DNA of 64,000 bases from Tricharina praecox (lineage: Eukaryota), in contig NW_026250436.1 in NCBI RefSeq assembly GCF_024521635.1, forward strand, positions 248,001-312,000, read 5' to 3'. The notes under the pieces were generated by a model. The model ran no database searches. It was not told where the DNA came from and saw nothing but the letters and a program-made list of their open reading frames with translations. Positions 12,267-25,647 of the stretch are shown here, in pieces (the first letter of the stretch is position 1; every line of letters begins with the position of its first letter). The translations under genes and the position numbers were made by a program.

Positions 12267-13976
12267 ACGTCTGCAATCATTACCGACTCCGACTCCGACT
12301 CCAACTTCCCCCATCACCCAACGGCTCATCGACGCCGTTTCCTGTTGGATCCACCAAGCAGGTGTTGCCCTTCCCCAGATAATAAACTGGCGCCCGCACT
12401 CTATTACTCTCCCCTCCCGGAGCGGCTCCCCTCTCCCCACCAGTTGGAACTATTACACCCACCCAGTCCGAGCCCGAGCAATTGCAGCAGCATCAACGAC
12501 CGCGACGATCTCAACCATCTGCCAGCGATATCGCGCTTCTCATCTCGATCGCCGCTGCCCTCGCTCAGCACGCTGGCTTCCGCCGTAGCTCTCCCGTCTC
12601 CGCCGTCGCGGTAAGTTTCCGCTTCCGTCCGTCCGTCCGTCCGTCTCTCTTTCTCTGGATCTCTCTCGGTTCGGTTCGTTTGAACTCGCCTGCGTCGCTA
12701 GACTTTTTTTTTTTTGTACTTTACTCCCCTAACCTTTATTTGCCTGTGGTCGCTGCTGCCGCTGCCGCTATCTACCCGTTATCAACTATCTTCCCTACCC
12801 CCCTCCCCCCCTTATCTTCCCGCGCACTCGCTCACCACCCCCAAACGAATCGGACCCTTATCCGAATGGAAGGGAGACCGAGAGAGAAGAAAGAGATTGC
12901 GTGCGTTTGTGGTGTATGCTGTCGTTCCTTCTTTACTGATGCTGTTGTCTCTGCACTTGTAGGTTGAATGGCGGAGCCTCTCCATTTGCTGCAATGACTT
13001 TCGCTACCTCGTCACCCGGGGCCAGCACCGCCGCCGGTCAGGGGACAACACCTGTGAGCTTCCTCCCCGCCCCGCGCTTGTTCCTTCCTCATCGCGCCAG
13101 TTGTGGGTCAAAGTACTGACAATTGGGACCAGCCAATCTGCCAAAACTGCACAACATCGACGACACCGTTATGGCGACGCGACGAAGCGGGCTCGGTCCT
13201 CTGCAATGCATGCGGGCTCTTCCTCAAGCTCCATGGCCGCCCTCGACCAATCTCCCTCAAGACGGACGTGATCAAGAGCCGAAACCGAGTCAAGAACTCC
13301 GGGCAGCCTCAGAAGAAGAAGGTACGCCGCCGAATGGAGCTTCCCCTTCCCCTTCCTCCCACTTCTCCCCCGCCGACCTTATTTTCTGACCGGCTTCCCC
13401 CTACAGGCTAGCCTCTTCGACTCGCCGAACTCGCACGGCCCCACCAGTTCGAGCTCGCACCCCACCCCGCGATCGGAAGCCGGCACTCCTCCACCTGGTC
13501 ATCACCATCACCATCACCGCTCGGTGTCACCTCAGTCGTCGCGCTCGGGGACACCGCTGCCCAGTATTTTCGACCACTCGCTGCTGCACCACACCGGCGC
13601 CGACTCGCCGCCCACACTGCCCTCCCTGTCCGCACTGAACCAGCCGTCACCACCGTACCATGGGCACGACTCGCACACGATGGAATCGCTGATCGCCGTC
13701 AACAACAAGTTGAAGACGCGGGTGGCGGAGCTGGAGCTGGTCAATGATCTGTTCCGGGGGCGGGTCGGAGAACTCGAGAATTCCGAAGCCACCACACGGC
13801 GAACAGAGGTGGGTCGCAAAGAGGCCGAGGCGCACCTGCGACACGCTCTCGATGCGGCCACCAGGCGAGGGGACGAGCTGAAGCGCAAGGTCGACGATAT
13901 GGAGCGGGAGATTGCCGAGCTACGGGGCGAGAGCCCGACGCGGAAGAAGGTGCGCGTGTCGGATCTGACGGGTTGA
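12267..13976 (+). CDS. areB: GATA zinc-finger transcription factor with C-terminal leucine zipper (AreB/ASD-4/Dal80 type), alternative first exons
   Basis: [50 protein letters not shown] and zipper [23 protein letters not shown]. Exons: 12267-12610 (or 12866-12900), 12963-13053, 13133-13321, 13407-13976; all phases compatible. The 12267 start (ACG) is inferred. Confidence 0.9.
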
Positions 13977-16900
13977 CATCCGGCTCGGTCACGGGGGTGA
14001 GAGGGTGCAAAGGGTGTTGAGGGAGTGTGGATCGGATACAGCGACTTGCTTTCGTTTTCACTTTTCGTTTCCTTTCCCGTTTTCCATAATTTCTAGTTTC
14101 CGGGTTATTGTTTGGTACTACTACTGCTACTACTATTATTATTGTATTATTGATGGAGGACGGGACCGCGCGGGGGCAGGCTATGTCGATGTTTTTTTAC
14201 TTTCCTTTCTTTGTTCGGGGGTTTATGCACTGGGAAAAGTTTGTCTTGTCTTTGTCTTTGTCTTGTGTCTTTTTGATTTGCTGTAGGATTAATGCCAGAC
14301 AGCGGGCCGGCCGGAGTATTATTGGGTTTCTCCGCACAACTTGCCCACTCCTCTACTCACTTGTTTTCTGTTTTCTGCTTTTTGGTTTTGGTTTTTTTAC
14401 TCGGGACACACGGTTTACGCTGCGATGGGATAGGACGGGGCGGACGCATTGGATTGGGTGGTGGAATGGATGGATGGGTGAGTGAGTGAGTGAGTGAGCC
14501 TAATAGATAGATGGATGGTCGGATGGTCGGAGGGTTTTGTTTGTTTGCTTGCTCGGTCGGTCGGTCGATAGGTTTTTGTTTTGTTGGGAAGATACAGGTA
14601 ATGCGGGAGGGAGAGGGGGATGATGGATACCCATGAGCGCGATTAAGAAACCATCTACATACTATAGAATTTTGTAATTATTTGCTTGGTGGTTTCGTTT
14701 CTGGACTGGATATGGGTGCATATGGATGGAGGTGGATGGAGCATGTGGATGGGGGATGTGGATGGGAATGGGAATGAATGAAGGGTGGTTGTCAAAGACT
14801 CTGGAGAGATGGTGATTGCAAAACAAGCCTGGATGGATGGATGGATGATAAGCCGAGATGGCAGATGGGCGGTGAAGTGAGGTGAGGCGATGTGAGGTGA
14901 GGAGGTTCCTGTGCCATTGGCCACTGGCCGTGGCTCTCGGGAGTAGTGGGAGGCCGTCACGGACGGCAATGCTCTATGGTAGTTCCACGGCTCCTACGAA
15001 GGCCTGGTAGCATGACATCTACACCGTTTGTTTTTTCGCGGCGTTGGTTTAAACATGCAACTTGAAACTCCGAAAGCGCAGGTCCGCGGATACGTACCAT
15101 AGGCAGATACCATCTGCCATGCCATGCCAACACAACCACCGACAACCGCAGACCACCACCGACAGCTACAGAGAGCCACCGATAAGACTGCTCGCAAGAT
15201 GTTCATCTCCTTACCCTTACTCTCAGCTCCCGCCTCGAGAGTCGAGCTGGAGCCCGAGCCTACTCTCGCCTACCTGGCAGCTGCCACGGAAAAAGAACGC
15301 ATGCAAACGGGTACGAGATGGCCGGCCGTGTTGCTGCATGCTTCGTGCGTGTGTGTGATATGTAGCCGTGTAAACGTGCGTGTAGGATATGTGTGGGCGA
15401 GCCAGTCCGCGAGTGAGTGGGTGGATAGAATCTGCAGAAGCACGAAGGAAGCTGCAGGGCGAGCTTCTAGAAGCTTCGCTCGCATATATTACATACTCTA
15501 CTCTGCTCCACTAACTAGTAGTAATCCCGATACGCAATTGTTGCAGTGTTGCAGGCCGTGCGCAGCGGCGGTTGTGTATGGTCTGATTGGCGGTGTTGCC
15601 GACGGACTGTTCCCCGTATTATGTGTGATATGTAGAGTATGTAGAGAGTGGGTTGCGGCCTGCGGCCTGCGGGCTGACACCCTGCAGCTACATATTGGTG
15701 GCGGGCTCGCTGATGGTGGCCACTGGCGGCGTCCTGCGACAGTGGCTTGCTACGGAGGCTTTCTGGAGTGGAGATCTGGAGAATTACTGGAGAATTGTTG
15801 TGCCCTGGTCTGCAATACTCTGCTCTATGTACTCGAGTCGACTCGAGTCCACTCCACTCGACTCCACTCCACTCGACTCCGCTTTGGCATTACTGGTAAC
15901 TGCGGTACTAACTGCGGTAATACCCACCCACCCACCTATTCTACACATACCGGTACCTGTTAGTGGTAGGTACCGTAGTAGCTACCGTGGTAGGTAGAGT
16001 ACAGGACACATGCGATGAGCTATGATATTCCAGGTCAGATCGATCCGCCCGCCGCCCGCCACCGGCGATATGTATGTCTTCACAATACATATGAGCTATG
16101 TACTAGCTATGATATGTACGAGCTCTGTGCTTTGCTTCTGCTTGATCGTGTGCTTCTGCTTCTGCTTCTGCTTCTGAGTGTGCTTCTGCTGTGCTTTGAG
16201 TGTGCTTGTGCTGTGCGCGCTGGGACCTGCAGCGCTTTCGCCCCGGCACCCGTCTGCATGTCTATATCCATGGCCGCTGTCCCGCTCGTACCGCGGAAAT
16301 TCGTGCTGTCTACTTGCAGCAGGCGGTCATAGCGGCGGCGTGTGCGGCTGCAGCGGCGGCGGCGGGGGCGGGGAGGGGGGGATGTCGGTAGATACACGAT
16401 ACGGTACTCTATACGTGCTTACTGTCCCTGTATTGTCCTGCATAGCATGGCAGGAGGAGGGCAGTGGTGGTGGGGGGGGGGGGGGGGGGGAGACAGATGT
16501 TTGAGGCAACTTCGAGGCAACGTCAAGCAACGGTGAGTCGAATGTGCATTGTGCATTGTGCACGTCCGTCCAGTTGAAAGTTGAAACGTTAGGGTTGGAA
16601 CTTTGTGGTAGCTATGGTTAATGTCAACATACTACGGTAGTATAGGAGCGGAGATGGTCGAGTGGTCGGAGCTTGGAACTTGGAACTGGAACTTGGAGCG
16701 GCTGTCGACGGTGGTGGTGGTGGGTGCAGGTTGTAGCAAGTGCACATGGGCGGCGGCGGCGGCGGCGTAGATTTGACGGTGGCTACGGTATGAGTTCGTG
16801 CTCGCTGCCAGCTGGTGAACTTTGAAGTTTGAAGGGGTTCCTGCTTGAGGTGAGGGGTCAACAGCTCGAATCTCGATGGTAGTTACAGACTTACAAACAT

Positions 16901-18985
16901 ATGTACAGTTACGGCTGTGCAGTGTGGACTGTGGAGATAACCAAGTGCACCACGTACATATCTGGCAGCCTGGACCCTGGGGCCGCGAAGTTTGGTGCGG
17001 CGTCCTCTATTTCGGGAGAGGCAAAGAGATCGTTCTGACTTCAAAGTTCAGCCTTCATGCGTTGATGGCACTGGCAGTCTGGCAGTAGTGATTACGCCGT
17101 ACGGTAGGGAATCATAAATTCTACTTCTCTATCCAGGGATAACAGCCTTCGCCTTCGCCAATGGTGATGGTGGCTGCCGCTAGTTGGCGAAAGGCTGTGG
17201 TGTGGCACCGGCGTCAAAACTCAAAAGACCTCGTATCGCGCGCAAGGGGGTGGTGCTGGTGGCGGTGGTGGGCCGGTGGTGGTGGCTGGGTTCACGGTTG
17301 GAACTTGGAACTTGGTGGCGCTTCGATTGGGTCATGTGGAAGGTGGAAGGTGGATAGGCAATGGCAGGCAGTGAGGTGGCACGTGTAGAGTGTAGACGAG
17401 TGGGCGGTGTGTAGCCTGATACTGTTGGCCGGGGGCTGCGAAAACGGGAATGGGGACTAGGAACTTGGAAGGGCCATTGAAATAAGGTGGAGATTCATCG
17501 ATTATCACTGGTCCCACTGGTATTTCCCGAGGTGGGTCTCGTTTGTGGTGGAGTGATGATGTGGACTGGCAGTACTCATTCATGTGGGAGCGAGGAGCTA
17601 GTTCGCTGAGCTGGCCGCTGGGGTTGGAGCTTGGAAGTTTTGGTGCGGTGCCGTGGCGAATCTTTTGCATTGTCGCTTTGTATTTCCCTTGTACATAAAT
17701 GCTAGCAGCTCTCTTTATGCACTAAACATACCTTTTAGTATAATAAAGCCGATTATCTTCAGGCCCATGACTGGAGGGTTCCTTGAGATCCAAGTTTTCA
17801 CACTTTGAAAGTTTTGTCTTGAGCACACATTAGCTCACTCGGATACCTACTCAGTTCAATTTTAAGAATATGAGTGTGATATGTCCAGCTGCTTCATTCA
17901 TTCGCAAAACACAGCGGATGACCAACTAGACATAAAGAACGTATGAGAATAAATAGGATTCTCGAGGCGCACTCGAGGCGCGCACAGGCGCATATTACCA
18001 ATATGACAAATGTGCAATATCTTGACGAGTGACGACGGTGGCTTTCAACGAGAATCGCATCATTCAACACTAGGTATGCCACATGAGACCCATTCAGACT
18101 TCCCAATCAATGAGTAAACAAACAAAAATCCATTCAGACTTCCGGCAAGGGAACTCCAAAGGTATGGCAGTAGTCCAGTCGTGCTTTAAATTGCCATGAG
18201 TTTACATGGTATGGCTCTTTCACACTGTGCCATATTACCTCGAATCGCAATATATTCCTGCACCAACAGCCACCCACTGCAATCCACCAACACGAGAAAT
18301 AAATATCGATCTCGGGCTGAAGGGACTTACTACGTGTATCTGCAACGGCCGAAGAGTACGACGCACGTATATGGAATACAACTGTGCCATCGTAACTAGC
18401 CCTATGCATGCGACGCATAAATGCAGGCACCTCTTCGGTGTCTCAAGTAAATAGGTAGTCGAGTGACCGCGCGTGGACGGCCATGTCCCGTAGCCGAAAC
18501 CGACTACATAGAGTAGTTAACATGCCGAGAACCAGCACTATCGGCCCGCTAGTTACTCTAAATTGCGACCCTCGGCGCCCCCGACCGACCCGAAACCACC
18601 GATGCATCACGACATGTTTTGCGAGGCGAGATATGCACGAGTCGGTGTGAGGTAGGCGCATACATACGGTAGTGATTGTCGCAGACAATTGTCTTTCGAA
18701 AGTAAGGTAAGGTAAGGTAAGGTACATACAAATACATAAAACGTTGACATTAAGGGACAGAAAAGACACCTAGGATACATCATAGCACGTCGATACGAAA
18801 AAACAAACAAATATCCCGAAACCCAACCCATGGAGGGAAAGAAGAAGGAGAAGAAGGTGGTAGAAGATCTCCGGGCTGCGGGTGATCGACTGCAGGACCT
18901 CCACAGCGGCCGAGCTTAGCCTGATAAGCGATCCAACGTCACTCTTCTCCCCATCCCCCACTCCACCCCACGGCGTATCCGCCGC

Positions 18986-19738
18986 TTATTCAGGGCACAC
19001 CTGCCACTTGACACCAACCTTGAAGCTGACCTTCCCGTCGATGCTGTCGGTAGTGAGGAAGCCCATGCCCTTGGGGTTGGCAGAGTTCTCAACGCGCACC
19101 TGCGAGTTGATATTGAGCGACGCAATCTCGCCGCAAGGCGACCACACGGTCGACGTGAACGGGATCTCGTCGTGGATCAGGTAGTCCTGCGACATGGGAC
19201 CCTTGAAGGCCGTCGAGACGCTGGATTGCACGGTGCTGCCGCCGAAATAGTAGGTGGCCTGGGATGGGGGCGGTCAGTGATCTGGAGGAATACGTGGATG
19301 AGCGAGGGGGGTGGACAAACCTTCTGCAGGCCGGTGACACCCTCGTCGAGCTCGGCGTAGCCACGGTAGTCGGAGGAGTAGACGGAGTACTGGGGATGGT
19401 CATTAGCGGACATGCCCAAGAGTTTCCGTGGCTCATGTACACACCTGGAATCCGCTCGGGTAGTGGAGCTTGACGTTGAGCTGGCAGTTCTTGCGGGCAT
19501 CGGTGACGGTGTAACCGGATCCGACAGCGACGATGTATTCATCGAGAATGACGGTGAACGACTTCTTGTCCAGGGACAGAGAGACCGAGGCCGTGCCCTG
19601 CGGACAGCCGGAACCTCCGTACGTGACTCCCTCGACGGTGACCTGGTCTGGGTCGGGCGCGGAAACATCGACGGCCAAGGGCACGGCCATGACGGACGCG
19701 GCGGCGCCGGCGAGAGCGAGGATGGCGGAAAACTTCAT
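18986..19738 (-). CDS. Secreted DUF4360-family protein, 3 exons
   Basis: Signal peptide MKFSAILALAGAAASVMA; YGGSGCPQGT, RKNCQLNVKLHYPSGFQ|YSV..DYRGYA, ATYYF, VWSPCG, TTDSIDG, W..C terminus. Confidence 0.9.
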
Positions 19739-22003
19739 GGTGAAAGAATGTGCTTGGTTGGAAAGTGAACGTGGGAGTGTATAAAAGACTGGGTGGGATG
19801 AGTCGATTAGAGGAGGAGGAGGATGTCTGTCGGCCTAGCTGGATGAGTGTGGTGAAGAAGGCCGTTGAAGGGGACAATATCTGCTTCTTAAATATCCTCG
19901 GAAATCCGACCATTCACTATTAGCTGCCTCCTAACCTCTCCCTCATAGACAGGTATCGTGTCTGCATATTGCTTTCATGTTGCTACGGATATGGCGGGCT
20001 CGTGACGACTTGAAGCGAGGCACAGTGGAAACTCGTATCGATCATGAGTTCCAAAATGGCATCACACTATCGGTACCAACCGAAGGTGATATTAACTATC
20101 TAGTGGGGGAGGGGAATTTCCAGTGCATCCTCTTTTACCCCCCGGCCTCGAGGTAGAGACGGCCGCGGAAGCAAGGCCGATCCATCATAGATGTCGATAA
20201 CTCCCCAAGATATGAGGCAATCAACCGTATCGATATATCACACCCCTGGGGTCAGACTGCGTAGCACTCCACTGTCAGGAGATCGGCAAGCTCTAGGCCC
20301 TTCCGCTGATGGTGGGGCAAGCATATGACCGCAGCCAGGTGTTGTGATTTCGTGCATCTACCCCACTGCCACTACCAACCTCTACATACCACGGCAGGGA
20401 GGAAAAGCCGGGCCGTAGCATGCTGGTGCTCTCACCGCGGAAGATGCACAGTCAACATGCGATGCGATGAGCTGTGTAGGAGGATATCCTAGTTTGATAT
20501 AGATGGAGTTGGAAGAAACAAGCGAGACCGAGCTGAACATATTCATGGCGGGGTAGTTAATGTGCACGCAGGTACATACACTGTAGATACTGCACGCTGC
20601 CTAGGTATGGCATCAGTCGAGGGGATGATACACTCAATAGACACTATAAATCCGAGTATCATGGGTGTTGACATTGGTGCTGGATGGGTTTAGGTACTCT
20701 ATATATCGCTGTGCCTGTTTCACTTTTGCTATCGTTGTACATACACACGGAGTCAGTCGTTATAATTCCAACTCCAACAGAACCCAACAACGTGATGTAC
20801 CTTAATACAATCCGAAAGACCAACAATAAGAAGGAGAGAAGCGGGGTGCTCGGGAGATATGAGGTGCGGGGAGGGGTGGGGAATACGCTGTCTCACTCAC
20901 TTTTGATCACTCGGTGCTGTTTATTGCTTCCTCTAACACCTTGGCAATTTGCTCAGAATAGCACTAGATATAGCCAGCCTATGACTATGATCGGGCTCGC
21001 CGGCTTGATGTGATGGTGGCTAGATTGGAGTGGTACCTGCAGGTTGGAATTGAGGGGAGCAGGTGCGTAGATAGTCAGATTAACTGACATGATTCACCAG
21101 CATGATGAGTGGCAAATCTAATCCCGCGGATAGCCATCGATGGCTTTTGTTGGATGGATGGATAGATGGGTGGATGGCTATAGAACCCCACTTAATTCGG
21201 AGCTAGCCAATTGAAACAGTGGATACGATCGGAACAGGACGATTCTATCCATAGGCGGCGGAATCGGCTTCGTCCCGGTTCAGCTGGAGGAAAAACCCGC
21301 TGGTAAGCCACTCTAGAGGTCTGCACCCCTCTATCGACGCATACTGGATCACGCCGGGTGCAACCGTGATATGCATTAGGTATAGATATGGCGGATTTTA
21401 GGAAAGCTGTTGTGATATATGGTTAAAGCGGTAGACGCGGGAAACCGGACGGGATCTCCCCGGGAGAGGTTGATGGAGGATGGACTGAAGTGGCAATTCC
21501 GCCGCGCCGAGACTCGTTCGTATTTGCTTCAATCGGCTGGCGCATGGCGGCTGGACTGGATGTGTACGCGAATGCGAGGATTTTGGATTGCGGGGCATCA
21601 GCGGTGGCACCGGATCGTGAGAGGGATTGGTCGTGATTCCCATTTCTTGAGAATCCACTATTTGTGGCCATAGGCTTCGGGTTGGGACTCAGGATGATGT
21701 TTAGCTGGCAAGAGTTGTGTCTAGCGGTCTGTTTACATTCACCGATTCAATTACGAGCACAGGCCCCAAGAAGTAGTGAATATTGCGGTTTTACAAAGAA
21801 ATTAAACATTTGAGAACTATCTGACAAACCCACTATCGACTACAACAGAATGAATCCCCATATCTCGACAACAACCAAAACAGCATACAGGCCAGTGCAA
21901 GCGTATCCCGGTCTCGCAAACACAAAACATAAAAAGAAAGAAACTTTCGTCTGGTGTCTAGTAGAAAACACCATCCTCGTCGAAGCCGGTACTACAATCG
22001 CGT

Positions 22004-22567
22004 TTACGAGACAGAAACGGACCGGGTGAGAGTAGCAGTGGCGGCGGGAATGATGACGGTCCTGGTAACAGTGATGGCACCGGTGGGAGGACGTGCAATG
22101 ACGGTCCTGGTCGCGGCCCCTAGGACAGGAGTGCCGTCGTCGTCAACGGTGGTGTAGAGGCATACGCAATTAAAGGCGCGTGCAGTCATGAAATGTTAGC
22201 GGAAACCAAAAGTATTCGGCGTAGAGGAGTACATATCCCAGAAGGTAGGGTGACATTCTCCCTTGTATGCAACATCGCCGTTGGCGTCTACTTGCTATAA
22301 TGGCCGTCAGATTTTCCCCAAGAAAAACGTGGTGAGATTAATTTCTGGCATACACTCATACAGATGGCGTTGCAAGCCTCTGCCATGTTGTCAGTCACAT
22401 TCGCCCGAAAGAGAGGTGAGAACTGGAAACATACCGGAGACGTAGGGACAGCCAAAGCTTGTGTCCTCACGTTTCGCCAATCCAGCTCCTTCTGCGGCCG
22501 GAGAAGCGTTGACCCCCAGAATGAGGCACGTCAACAGGGAAGAGATGGTGATCTGGAAAGATTTCAT
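22004..22567 (-). CDS. Secreted CS-alpha-beta defensin-like prepropeptide with Thr-rich C-terminal tail (~130 aa), 4 exons, third intron AT-AC
   Basis: Exons 22567-22435, 22379-22354, 22294-22237, 22179-22004 give MKSFQITISSLLTCLILGVNA-SPAAEGAGLAKR-EDTSFGCPYVSEACNAICMSQVDANGDVAYKGECHPTFWGAFNCVC-LYTTVDDDG...SVSVS*. Signal peptide, KR site and C..CxxxC..GxC..CxC pattern. Confidence 0.85.
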
Positions 22568-25500
22568 GGTGTGGAGGTGGTGAAGTAAGTGAATAAAGAA
22601 GTTTACAGATTTCTTGTCAGTTCTGTGGAAGGACGGGGATGGATAGTGGAGCGTCTGTATGACACGTCCGTCTTCTTATATATGAATCTCCATAGTCCAG
22701 AGCAATGGTTCTTATCAACATCGTAAAGTTTTTCGTCTATTTTGCCGCTGAATGGACAGACAACTGCTCGAATGCAACCCGAATTTCACGGTTAGGGTCA
22801 ATCGCAGTTGATGCATGGTCTACGTGGATGCATGTGGATGCAACTTCTCCACCGCGGCCTAAGGACAAGCCATCGTGTGATATCGGATGGAAAAGTTTTT
22901 GCCAATCCTGCTTTCCCATCCAGGTGGTGCCCTGGTCTGTCGGATCAGCCGCGAGCGTATTCTTCCATCCCATTCGAGGGACGTACAGAAAGTAAACATC
23001 CAGCTGAGAATGCTTTTAGCTCAAGCTACTTCCAGCGGAAATGTTCATTGGAATCAGTGATATGGGCCATATGTCAAAGTGCCATCGTTCTTAATACCAG
23101 GTATCGTGGATCTACTGACCGTGGTTCCGATTATAAGTCTGGTCAACTATTGCTTCATACCAGCCTCGTAGTTTTCTCCTTCCCTGCTTCCCTCTTGACG
23201 CCTTACCGTGCCAGTAGCATGCGTTCTTAGTTCTTAGTTCTGCTAATAGCCGGCCGAAGATCCCGGAGGACAGGACGTAAGCCGACTCCGGACGAGCGGC
23301 CCCGGCGTGAAAGTCAAAGCCCGCATAGCTGTTGCAATAGCAAGCCTTGATATCGACTGGTTGCGGTCGTTCCGTGCGAAGAACATTCACGGGTCTGGGT
23401 GGCGTGAATGTCCGCTGATTGTAGATAGCCTCATGAGGCTGGCCACGGCACCTCCGGGAAATACGAATTTCCCCACCGTTGTCCCATTGGCCCTCGAGCG
23501 GATGAAACTTCTCGTGAGAAAACAGCTGCGCGCGAAATCAGCCCATGAGTCGGTTCCGGAGCGCAGCCCGGTTGACCGAATCGACAGCATTGACAGCGTA
23601 GCAAGGGTGGTAATGACTTTCCGGAGACGACGATTCGGTTGGGACCCGCCACACGCAAGTGTAACGGCTCGAACGCCGGGCCCTGAAAATCCCTAGGATC
23701 TAGAGTAGCCCCTTTGTGTCTGGGACCTTCCATTCTCCAGATTCTGTCTACTTCAATTCTAGGAACCCCGTAATATCGGCTGGCACATCCCGGCTGTCTC
23801 CTCGACATGGTACTGCTCGACATCATCCGAGGCTTTTCTGATTCGTCCGTAATTAGAGTCACCTGCTTGGTGCGGTTTCCATATTAGCCTCCCCCCCCCT
23901 CCCACCACTGCGGTCGATCAGATGTACTTCGCCGCCTCTCTTATGCATGCGACGCAAAATCCCGCCCCCGGATCTGCAATCGATACGTCCCGACGTACCG
24001 TCAACGGCTAAGCTAAGATCAACTACAGGACATCTGAAAAACAGCTGTAGCGACGTCGACAGATGCGCCAATGATAGCCCGCCGTGATGGTGAGAAGTTA
24101 GGTTGACATAGGGTATTGTCGGCAGAGTTGCGGTAAAGTGCTTGAAAACAGATGTGCCGATATTGCAGGTGGGTAATTGCAGGAGGAACATTCCTGATTA
24201 CTTCCCCTCAGTGATAATACTAATATTAAGGAAGCGTGGCGAGGTTATATCTGTCCCTCTCGAGTCTCAAGGGGAACCCCAGCCTTCAGGCCATTCGAAG
24301 GATATATGCAACTTGTTACTTTGCCAGCCCCAGCATCAGTAGCGATGTTGATAGGATTCGAACCGGTTGAACTAGCCGTAGATGATTTGACATGTGTGGT
24401 ACCTAAGGCGGACTACTTCGAGGGCCATACGAAGAGCAATTCAACATTTTCAGTATGAATGCCCTGATATCTCTCTCTATATCTGTCAGATCTATCAAAT
24501 CCGAGGAAGTTCGGCCGTGATTCCGTCGTGCATCCCGGATCCTACAAGTCAGTCTCGTGGCAAGGGCGAGTTCCAACTAGCTAAGCCAAATATCGGTTCC
24601 GATAAGGCTATGGATCGGAGATCATCACTGGACATGTGGGGAAATGCACACCCATCAGGGACTCGCCCGGGTATCTTCTAGGAGTGCCCGTACCGACCGA
24701 ACCCTCCCCTCTAGGGTAGCCGCGGGATTGCGGAGCTCAAAGCAAAGTGCCAGTCTCCCTTTTTGTGCATCGGGTATGTACATACATTGTGGAACGAACC
24801 CGCGAGCATCGAAAGTTGCACCCCTTTCCAGGTCGGCGCCTGTGGGTGGGCGTTTTCCTATCCGAAACGTCGGGGGCGGCGATGCAGCAGTTCATGATCG
24901 TACCGACCGCGGTATGGCACAATCCTCGCGTGGTCGACCAATCGCTATGTGTCGTTCTAACTTCTGGACTATGGCGTTTCCCTTTTGCATCTTAAGGTCA
25001 GGATGTGTGCGTCCGTTGTTCTGCGCATGCATAGTATCGCTCCTCACTTGTATGTATGTAGTTATCTCAATATGTGCCGTCAAGGACAGGGTGTGGCGGT
25101 GTTATGTATCTAAAAGGGGTGCCCAGGAATACATTGACATGCCATGATGTGAGGGAAATCTAGGGCAGATTGCGAGTGAAATTACGAGTTAACTCACTCT
25201 ATATATCACTCGTTATGATCCGAACACACTGCTGTTAGCCGATCAGAGATTGGCTTCTTTTGTTTAACATAAAATCATGCATACTAGTTACTACTGTATG
25301 AAGGGACAAAAACAAAATGGGCTTGTTTTTTGAGATGTCAGTTTTTCCAAAGTTGTGAACTGAAAGTTACTCATAGCTCGCTAGAATCGATGGGACGGAG
25401 TATGTGATGATGGAAAGGTCGGGGTTTCGTGCGAGGAACATGAGCTCCCACATCACCCGCACCGCAGCCACTTCGAGATAGCTGGTATATCACATTTCTA

Positions 25501-25647
25501 ATGACCAGGGACGAAAACGAATGCATAAAAATAAACTCCCATCCAAAACGAAAGAGCCACGTGCCATCTGGCCCCCGTGGGCTACTGCCACTCCGAGACC
25601 AACCAAAAGAAACCCTTGCATCATTCATACGCCATATATGGCGCACC

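Noticed and set aside
11594..12382. 262-aa ORF with poly-Thr
   Set aside because: Produced by (CTA)n and (CCTG)n microsatellites in the areB leader; no domain.
16586..16600. TTAGGG-containing stretch resembling a telomerase RNA template
   Set aside because: A single imperfect short match with no supporting structure.
22737..23870. Patchy minus-strand open frames upstream of the defensin
   Set aside because: No recognisable motif or consistent splice model; at most a decayed gene.
24341..24430. GGTTCGAATCC T-loop motif on the minus strand (possible tRNA)
   Set aside because: The T stem does not pair, and no acceptor stem or D arm can be built.
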